From a virus (lineage: Duplodnaviria; Caudoviricetes), in IMG/VR virus record IMGVR_UViG_3300048575_000501, positions 1 through 34,623 of that record: a stretch of 34,623 nucleotides of DNA. One strand, written 5' to 3'. Position 1 is the stretch's first letter, and the number at the start of each line of letters is the position of its first letter. A model generated the notes under the pieces. That model did not search any database and had not been told where the DNA came from. It saw only the letters and a list, made by a program, of their open reading frames with translations. Of the stretch, positions 24,163 through 31,797 are shown one piece after another. A program made the position numbers and the translations under genes.

Positions 24163-27100
24163 ATGCCAGAGCTTGTTGCACGCGCTGTCCTGAAGTCCGA
24201 TGCGTCCGGCCTGGTGCTGGCCGCCGACCAGTCGGAAGCGGCATTGGCGCGCGTCACCAAGGCCGTGAACGATGTCAGTGCTGCCGGCAGCGCGGCGGCT
24301 CCCGCCGTCAACACCAGCGCGGCGGCCTTGAAGGCTCAGGCTGATGCCGCCGAAGCGGCTCAGCGCGCACTCGGCGCCGCGGGTGTCCAGAAGAAAGCAG
24401 ACGTTGAGGCGCTAAAGCAACAAGCCGCCGCGAACGACAATGTGATGGCGAAGGTGCAGTCTCTTGCCGCCGCCTATGGGGAATTCAACCAGGGTGTGTC
24501 TGCATCGGAGACGTTGCTGAAGGCTCAGCTGATCACGGCGCCAGAACATACCGCCAATATGGAAGGCTTGGCGGCTAAGCTCGCCCTGGCTAAGGCTGCG
24601 TTTCATGGCATGGGAGATGGAGCTAAGCAGGCCGAGGTGGATGTCGAGGCGGTCGAACGTATGCTTGCCTCTCTCGGTGTTCAGGCCGGTGTCGCCGGCG
24701 GCCAGATCAAGATCCTGCGCGATGGCATCAAGGCTATTCCCGGTCTTGTCGCCGCCGCACCTTTGGCGGTCGCGTTTGCAGTGATTGCGGCGGCAATTGG
24801 TGTTGGCTTACTGGCCGAGAACGATTTTGAGAAGTCTGTCAATCGCATGAACGTGACGTTGGCTGCTCACAACCTCACGGTCATGGGTACTTCGGGACGA
24901 TATCTTGATCTTGCGGAGGACATGTCTACGGCCGCCGGGGTTGGCGAAAAGGCCGGCCGTACCATGGCCGGCGCATTCGCTGACGCCAACCTCTCGCCGG
25001 AGTTGTGGACCCAGACTTCGGCCGTAGCACGCGATTACGCCGCGGTGCTTGGGGGCGAAGTCCCCGATGCGGCGGCAAAGCTGGCCGGAGCTTTGCGCAA
25101 TCCGAGTGAAGCCGCCAAGCAGCTCAATGATCAATACGGCCTGTTCGATAGCGCGACGATGCGGTTGATCGAGCATCTCGACCAGATGGGCGCGACCGAG
25201 AGCGCAGACACAATCATACTCGATGCCTTCGCTGATCGCATCAAGAACGCTGCCGAGCAAACCACGGGCTGGGCAAAGGCTTGGGATTGGGTTTCGCGTA
25301 ACGCCTCAAACGCGTGGGACGCGATCGGTAACGCACTTTTCAAAAGCAACATTGAAAAGGCTAAACAGGATCTCGCTTCATATCAGCAAGAACTTGAACA
25401 AGCCAAGCGTGGGTTTAGCACGGCAGTTGTCGGTGACGGAACTACGATTATATCGCCAACGCATCGCTCGCTGAAAGACATTCAGGCTGATATTGACGCC
25501 GTCCAGCGGCGCATCAATCCGCAGACCGCACGACCAAATGATGACGAAGCCCGGAACAGGGAACAAGCCTATCTAAAATCGCTGAGCGAGAGCTACGATC
25601 AGTTCACGGCGGACCTTAATCGAAACGATGCCGAGCGAACGCGAATTCTTGTCGATCGCGACAAGGGCATAATTGGTGCGGTCGAAGCAGAAGCGCTACT
25701 TGCGGGGAATAAACAAAAATTCAATCAAATTCTGGAGAGCCAGGCTGCTTACTATCGGTCCCTCGATAAGGAAGCGCAGCACTGGTACGAGCGCATTCAA
25801 AGCCTCGTCCTGTCGGGTTCCGATGTCATCCGTCAATCGCAGCAAGAGGCAAAGGCCGCTGAAGGTCAAGCTGCGGCTTACCGAAATGGCGTTGGAGCAC
25901 TCGACGCATATAACGCAAAACAAGAGATAGTGAAGGCAACGTCTGCACAGACGGCCGCGATGCATTATCTCGAAGCGACCGCTGCTAAGGCATTGCACAA
26001 GAGCATTTCCGATCTGACTGAAGCCGACAAAAACGCTATCCCGCACTACGCCGAACTCAAACGCCAGATCGATGCCGTCACTGTCGCCGAAACGCGCCGC
26101 GCGGCCGCGCAGCGGTTGGGCGCCACGATGCAGGATATCGATCAGCGCATCGGATCGGCGAGCGGCGATCTCTCATCGGCGCTGCGCGATGCAGCGGAAC
26201 AACAGCGGTTCAAGACGCTGTCCGAAAAGTACCAGCAGAACTACGGCACGCTAATGGCGTGGCGCGAGAAGGCGATTGGCCAGGGTATGCCGACCGACTG
26301 GATCGACGCCTATGCCGACAAGCTTGGCATGCTGTTCCAGCACGATGCCAAGAGCCTCTACGAACAGAACCTGCGCGATCACACCGATTGGGCGTCCGGC
26401 ATTGAGCGCTCGCTGATTGACCTTGAGCGGGCGCACGAGGACTGGGCCCGCACGACCGAAGACTTCATGAACGGGTGGGCAAGTTCCGGCGAGCAAATGT
26501 TCGTCCGGTTTGCCGCAACTGGCAAAGCAACTATCGGCGATCTGACGAGCTTCATCGAGCAGAAGTTCGCCGAGATGGCATACAAGCGCTATCTGGCGTC
26601 CAGCTTTGATGCGTTGGGGAGCATTGTTCTTGGCGGTATCGACAGTATCTTTGGTGGCATTGGTAAGGCGATGGGCGTTAGCGCGGGCGTCCACCATAGC
26701 GGTGGAACTGTCGGCGCGCCGGCCGTTACGAGAAATGTCCCTGCTGCAGTGTTTGCGCGCGCCGAGCGGTATCACCTTGGCGGCATCGTCGGTGCCAACG
26801 ATAACTTGGCGCCGGGCGAGCGGCCGATCATTGCGATGGACGGCGAACGCGTAAAGACGGTCACTGAACAACGTGCGGACCTGCTGCGGGACCAGGCGCT
26901 GGTTGCCGCACTGGAGCGTCCTCTCGTGATGCAACTGCCGCCAGCGGCGTCGCTGGGAGGCGATGTTTACCTCAACGTGTCCAACCCACCGGGAACAACG
27001 ACGCGCACCGCGGAAAGCCGCGACGCTCAAGGTAACCGGCATATCGACATCATCAATGAAATCGTCGATCAGGTTGAGGCAGCTCAGGTCGAGCGCGTTC

Positions 27101-27168
27101 AGACCGGCCGGTCGAGCCTGGCCGATGCTCTGACGGCTCACTACGATTTGAATAGGCGCGTCGCATGA
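24163..27168 (+). CDS. Tail tape measure protein (lambda-like)
   Basis: 1001 aa, Ala-rich helical; LA.AL.NP..A...LN.QY region; C-terminal HSGG.VG..YHLGG..GERV. Confidence 0.93.
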   Translation: MPELVARAVLKSDASGLVLAADQSEAALARVTKAVNDVSAAGSAAAPAVNTSAAALKAQADAAEAAQRALGAAGVQKKADVEALKQQAAANDNVMAKVQSLAAAYGEFNQGVSASETLLKAQLITAPEHTANMEGLAAKLALAKAAFHGMGDGAKQAEVDVEAVERMLASLGVQAGVAGGQIKILRDGIKAIPGLVAAAPLAVAFAVIAAAIGVGLLAENDFEKSVNRMNVTLAAHNLTVMGTSGRYLDLAEDMSTAAGVGEKAGRTMAGAFADANLSPELWTQTSAVARDYAAVLGGEVPDAAAKLAGALRNPSEAAKQLNDQYGLFDSATMRLIEHLDQMGATESADTIILDAFADRIKNAAEQTTGWAKAWDWVSRNASNAWDAIGNALFKSNIEKAKQDLASYQQELEQAKRGFSTAVVGDGTTIISPTHRSLKDIQADIDAVQRRINPQTARPNDDEARNREQAYLKSLSESYDQFTADLNRNDAERTRILVDRDKGIIGAVEAEALLAGNKQKFNQILESQAAYYRSLDKEAQHWYERIQSLVLSGSDVIRQSQQEAKAAEGQAAAYRNGVGALDAYNAKQEIVKATSAQTAAMHYLEATAAKALHKSISDLTEADKNAIPHYAELKRQIDAVTVAETRRAAAQRLGATMQDIDQRIGSASGDLSSALRDAAEQQRFKTLSEKYQQNYGTLMAWREKAIGQGMPTDWIDAYADKLGMLFQHDAKSLYEQNLRDHTDWASGIERSLIDLERAHEDWARTTEDFMNGWASSGEQMFVRFAATGKATIGDLTSFIEQKFAEMAYKRYLASSFDALGSIVLGGIDSIFGGIGKAMGVSAGVHHSGGTVGAPAVTRNVPAAVFARAERYHLGGIVGANDNLAPGERPIIAMDGERVKTVTEQRADLLRDQALVAALERPLVMQLPPAASLGGDVYLNVSNPPGTTTRTAESRDAQGNRHIDIINEIVDQVEAAQVERVQTGRSSLADALTAHYDLNRRVA

Positions 27169-27680
27169 CGGCCCAACTCTACGCGCTGCTTCCTGCCGGC
27201 ATCGTTGATTACGAGCCGCTCGCCTCGGGCTATGCCATCCAGCTACCGAACCCCTGGGCTCGGACGCAAGTTGACCAAGGCGAAGCAGTTCAAGAACGGC
27301 TTTATCGCAGCGCGCCCGCCTACTTCACCGTCGCATGGCCGATGTCGGACGAGGCTGCCGAGATCTATCTCGGTCATATCGAAGAGACTGGTGGTCCTGG
27401 CGCATGGCATTCGCTCGACGTGCGCCGGCCGGGCGGCTTCGAAACGATGAAGGTCCGCTTCGTGATGGACGGTAAATCCGAAAATCACCAGCTCGTCTTG
27501 GAAGATGGCGAATGGATCTTGCGCGGCCAGCTTGAAACAAAGTCGTTCAAGGTGATGGCGAGCACGGATCTGGCGCTGCGATTGCTGACATATGGCACAG
27601 ACCTGTCTGCAATGGAACTCGACGGCATGTTGTCGGAAGCGTGGGCCGACATTGTGGAGGGCTGCCGTAATGGCCTCTGA
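27165..27680 (+). CDS. Putative distal tail protein
   Basis: Directly after the tape measure; P..SGY......RT..D.G. Confidence 0.6.
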   Translation: MTAQLYALLPAGIVDYEPLASGYAIQLPNPWARTQVDQGEAVQERLYRSAPAYFTVAWPMSDEAAEIYLGHIEETGGPGAWHSLDVRRPGGFETMKVRFVMDGKSENHQLVLEDGEWILRGQLETKSFKVMASTDLALRLLTYGTDLSAMELDGMLSEAWADIVEGCRNGL

Positions 27681-28209
27681 AATTGCAAGTGAGGACCTGA
27701 CAATTTACGCCTGGACCGGAGACCCGAACGATTGCGTGATGCATACGATCGAGCTTCGACACCCAGCGTTTAGGGACGAGGATGGCAACACCGCACCGGT
27801 GCGGATCGTATGCGACTTTGAAGAACTGGCGGCGATGCTCGAAGACGGCGCGCCGATCGACGGCGGAGACGAAGTCACGTTCAGCCCATGCGCCTTCTCC
27901 GTAAAGTTGCCAGACCAGGGGATGGGAGGCTCTCCGTTCGTGAACGTGAACATCGACAACGTCAGCCGTACACTGATGCCATATGCCGATGCAGCGGCCG
28001 ACAGTCCGTCGCCGGTGGATATGACCTATCGCCAGTTTCTGGCGTCCAATCTCTCCGCGCCGGCACTCGTGATGGACGGCGCCAAGATCAACAAGCTCAA
28101 GATCAATCTCTTCGGACTGACCGGTCAGGCAGGCTACGACGACTTCATCAACAAGCCCCATCCCGCCTTGATCTACACGACAAGGGAGTATCCCGGCCTT
28201 GATCGCTGA
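27670..28209 (+). CDS. Tail tip protein (DUF1833-like)
   Basis: TIELRHP.F..RIV..LE..AP...G..V.F..F...LP..IDNV..YR.FL..P...YT...YPGL. Confidence 0.8.
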   Translation: MASEIASEDLTIYAWTGDPNDCVMHTIELRHPAFRDEDGNTAPVRIVCDFEELAAMLEDGAPIDGGDEVTFSPCAFSVKLPDQGMGGSPFVNVNIDNVSRTLMPYADAAADSPSPVDMTYRQFLASNLSAPALVMDGAKINKLKINLFGLTGQAGYDDFINKPHPALIYTTREYPGLDR

Positions 28210-28636
28210 CGCCCACAATATCGCCGCGGCGGTGGCATTCGTGAATGCCACGATGGGCAAGCCGTGGGTCAAAGGCGCGACAGGACCTGACGCCTGGTGC
28301 TGCTGGACGCTGGCTCAAGCCGGGCAGCGTCTGCTGTTCGGTCGTGAGATTGCCATGATCGGCATCGACGAGGACAGCGCCATCTCAGTCGCTCGCGCGA
28401 TGCGCAACCATCCACTGTGGGCGGCGTGGGAGAGGCACGATCAGCCAATGCATGGCGACGTTGTGAAGATGTGGCGGCCGTCCAATCCGAACCACGTTGG
28501 TACCTATCTCGCCCTGGATCGCGGCGGCATCCATCATTGCCAGCGCGGCTCCGGCGTTGTGTTTGACGCCGTGTTCAATCTTCCGACCCTGGGTTGGTCT
28601 CGCCTGGAATATTGGCGCCCGAAGGTGACGCCATGA
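28199..28636 (+). CDS. NlpC/P60-like tail tip protein
   Basis: G.PW..GA.GPDAW.CW.L..GDVV....HVG....GG..H; TTG start after AAGGGAG. Confidence 0.8.
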   Translation: MIADAHNIAAAVAFVNATMGKPWVKGATGPDAWCCWTLAQAGQRLLFGREIAMIGIDEDSAISVARAMRNHPLWAAWERHDQPMHGDVVKMWRPSNPNHVGTYLALDRGGIHHCQRGSGVVFDAVFNLPTLGWSRLEYWRPKVTP

Positions 28637-31600
28637 CCGCGCGTCTTGTCTATTTTCCGTCGCCGATGATGCCGGAGATCGGCGCGCAGGAGTACATCGT
28701 GCCCCCGGGCATTTCGGTGCGGACTGCGATCGCCCTCACCGGGATCAAGAGCGGCGGCATGACGATGCTGTTGCGCCGCGACATGCCGGAAGATCCGACG
28801 ACACTGGCCGATATCTATGTTCCCTTCGCGTCGTGGACCGGCGAACTGATCCACGATGGCGACACCTCAATCCTGATCGAACATCCGCAGGCTGGTGGCG
28901 CGGCGTCGGCCATCGCAGTAGCGCTTGCGAAGATGGCCTCTTATGCCGCTTCAACGCTCATAGCGACATTTCCAGAGACCCTCGGCGGGTCGATTACTTT
29001 CTGGGGCGGTCTGACCGTCTCGATGCAGGCAATCCTCACGTCAGTTATCTTCCTATCTGGGTCGATGCTGATTACGTCGCTCATCCCCGGGCCGAAGTCG
29101 TACACCGTCCCGAACATCCAGGCGCAGACCTACTCGCTATCGGCACAGCAGAACCTTGCGCGGCTTGGGGCTGCTGTGCCGACAGCCTATGGTCGCAACA
29201 AGCTTGTCTGCGATGTGATCAGCCAGCCCTGGTATGACTTCGTTGACGGCCGGCAGCGGGTTATGCAGCTCTTCACCTGTGGTGAGGGCTACTACGACAT
29301 CGAGGCAATCCGCGCCGGTGACGGCGTCATCTGGCGCAACGGCGGCCTCACGCCAGCCTATTCCGATGTCGAGATTGAAGTGTGTCCGCCCGGCACGGCC
29401 GTCACATTGTTTGACGACAATGTCGTAACCTCGCCGGAAGTCCAAGGCATCGAGGCGCTAGGACCAAACCAGGAGGACCACAAAGTCCTTGGACCATTTG
29501 TGTGCAGCAAATCCGGCACGCGCGCGACCAAGCTGCAATACGATGTCTTCCTGCCGTCGCTCGGCACCCTGCTCGCCGACCAGCACCTCGACCCGGCAAC
29601 CGTGAGCTGGCGCGTCATTGCCAGCACAATCGATGACGAGGGTAACCCGACATCTGACGGTGAAGTCAGAGACGAGAAAACACTGACGCTCTCAACCAAG
29701 AGCCCTATCCGGAAAACCTATGAGATGAACCTGCCGGGTTCTCACCGCTGGCAGGTGACATTCGAGCGGACGAACAACAAGTCGACCGACAATCTGGTAT
29801 CCGATACGCTGCAATGGCTGAGTTTGAGAACGTTCCTGCCCTCGAAGCTGGTCTACAACGACGTGACCGTTATCGCGGTGCGCGGCACTGGCACGGTGAA
29901 CCTTAACGGCAACGCGCTGCAGAACGTCAACGTCATCGCCACCCGAAAGCTGCCGATCTACAATCCCGAGACCAAGGCCTGGACCGATCTCACCCCGACA
30001 CGAAAGATCGCGGCGGCCGTCAGCCATTGTTTGCGCGCAGTTGGCGGCATGGCGGACAAGGTCATCGACCTTGACCTATTGTGGGGTCATCTCGATGCGA
30101 CATGGACCGAGCGTGGTGACACGTTTGATTTTCAGTTCGGTGATCGCAAGGGCCTTTGGCAAGACGCTTTAGAGCCTATTCTTTCGGCCGGCCGGGCGCG
30201 CCCCTTAATGGTCGGCAACCGCGTCACCTTCTTCCGAGATGAGCCGAAGGCGGTCTACGACGGTGGCATGTTCACGCCGCTTAACATGGTTGCAAACACA
30301 TTCACTCTCGATATCAACCTTACGAACGGCAGCTCGATGGATGCCCTGGTTGCGGTCTATCGCGATCAGGTGACCTGGACTGAAAAACGCGTGCTCTGCA
30401 AGATGCCCTGGTCAACGGCAACTCTGGAATCCGCTCCCGAAGTCCAGTTCCTTGGCGCTGGTAGCCGGGCACAGGCCTATCGCGAGGGCATGTTCCGTCT
30501 GGCCGATGGGTGGTATCGGCGGCGCCGGTCGACCTTTACGACCACCCGCGAAGGGACGCTGACTTTGCCCGGGCAGAAGGCACTGCTCAGTCACTACATC
30601 GCGGACTTTTGGGGCAAGTCGGCAGCCGCGGAGGACCTGACTGCTGGTGACACCGTGTCGATCGGCGGCGTCGATGTGCATCGTGATCTGATCACTTTGT
30701 CGGAACCCTGGTCGCGGCCGATCAATGCAGAGGGCGACAACGTCATTGCGATGACGACGCCGGATGGCAAGGTCTATGGCCCGGTGCCATTTGAGCTCGT
30801 GGATGATGGCAGCGAGGGCGGGCAAGCGATCGTCCGCCTCATGGGTTTGGCGGCCGTCAACGGCAGGTTCACCGGACAGCAGCCGCGCGACTGGCCGCTG
30901 TGGGATGCAGCCGGTCAGCAGAAGCGCCGCCCGCGGTGCAATCTCGGTGTCGGAACACTGGTCGCAAGAGACATCGGCATCGTCACGATGTCGCCAGAGC
31001 AAGGCGGGCGTCACGCCACGATCGGCTGCTTCATTGATAACCCGCTCGTGCACACGGCCGATCAGGGTGAGGTGCCGGGAGAGACCATCGTCGCCGGCAA
31101 CTCGGATCTGGCCATCACGGCGATCAACGTTTCCGAGCGCATCATCATCGAAGAAACGCCGGCCTCGTCCCTCTATGGCGCAGACTTTACCATCGTCGGA
31201 GCGCCAGATGCGGTGTCGTTCGATGTTCGCTGGCAGTTCAAAGACTACCGGTACCATACGACCTATCCCACGACTGGGCTGGTTTTGGTGTGGCAGGCGT
31301 TGACACCTATCGAAACAGGCAAAGCGCGGACATTCACCATCAACGCGTTCGCCGGAACCCTGAGCTGGATGTCAGGCCCTGTCCTGGTTCGTGTTTATGC
31401 ACGTGCGATCAACGCGGACGGCAAATACGGTTCGTGGTTCCCCGTGACGTTCTATGCGGACGGCCGACCTGAAACCGCGCCGCCGAATATCGCCGACGTT
31501 AAGGCCTCGCGGGCGTGGGACAAATCCGCGACTGATCCCATCACCTATTACTGGCCGACACCACGCAACGCATCGTCTTACATTGTCCATGTCATTGCGC

Positions 31601-31788
31601 GTCGCCGCGGCGATGATGGATGGGCCACCTATGGCGAGCGAGAGATTGAGAGCAACAGCTTCGTCTACTCGCCGCAGATGCAAATCGACGACGGCGGCCC
31701 GTGGAACAACTGCTATCTAGAAGTCAAGGCCAAGAACAGCGCCGGCATGAGCCCTAATTGGGCCGGTGCCGAGAACAACTATCCGTAA
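28633..31788 (+). CDS. Tail tip hub / host-specificity protein (TipJ-like)
   Basis: 1051 aa; YSL.AQQN.ARLG..VP..YGR..G.G.Y..V.TS.EV..N.IATRKL..GRA.P..F.RD..F...N; C-terminal FnIII-like repeats. Confidence 0.85.
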   Translation: MTARLVYFPSPMMPEIGAQEYIVPPGISVRTAIALTGIKSGGMTMLLRRDMPEDPTTLADIYVPFASWTGELIHDGDTSILIEHPQAGGAASAIAVALAKMASYAASTLIATFPETLGGSITFWGGLTVSMQAILTSVIFLSGSMLITSLIPGPKSYTVPNIQAQTYSLSAQQNLARLGAAVPTAYGRNKLVCDVISQPWYDFVDGRQRVMQLFTCGEGYYDIEAIRAGDGVIWRNGGLTPAYSDVEIEVCPPGTAVTLFDDNVVTSPEVQGIEALGPNQEDHKVLGPFVCSKSGTRATKLQYDVFLPSLGTLLADQHLDPATVSWRVIASTIDDEGNPTSDGEVRDEKTLTLSTKSPIRKTYEMNLPGSHRWQVTFERTNNKSTDNLVSDTLQWLSLRTFLPSKLVYNDVTVIAVRGTGTVNLNGNALQNVNVIATRKLPIYNPETKAWTDLTPTRKIAAAVSHCLRAVGGMADKVIDLDLLWGHLDATWTERGDTFDFQFGDRKGLWQDALEPILSAGRARPLMVGNRVTFFRDEPKAVYDGGMFTPLNMVANTFTLDINLTNGSSMDALVAVYRDQVTWTEKRVLCKMPWSTATLESAPEVQFLGAGSRAQAYREGMFRLADGWYRRRRSTFTTTREGTLTLPGQKALLSHYIADFWGKSAAAEDLTAGDTVSIGGVDVHRDLITLSEPWSRPINAEGDNVIAMTTPDGKVYGPVPFELVDDGSEGGQAIVRLMGLAAVNGRFTGQQPRDWPLWDAAGQQKRRPRCNLGVGTLVARDIGIVTMSPEQGGRHATIGCFIDNPLVHTADQGEVPGETIVAGNSDLAITAINVSERIIIEETPASSLYGADFTIVGAPDAVSFDVRWQFKDYRYHTTYPTTGLVLVWQALTPIETGKARTFTINAFAGTLSWMSGPVLVRVYARAINADGKYGSWFPVTFYADGRPETAPPNIADVKASRAWDKSATDPITYYWPTPRNASSYIVHVIARRRGDDGWATYGEREIESNSFVYSPQMQIDDGGPWNNCYLEVKAKNSAGMSPNWAGAENNYP

Positions 31789-31797
31789 GAGGAACCA

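Noticed and set aside
27673-27694. GCCTCTGAA half-site of the late-promoter palindrome
   Set aside because: No matching right arm at the correct spacing; explained by the coding sequence ATG GCC TCT GAA ATT at a gene start
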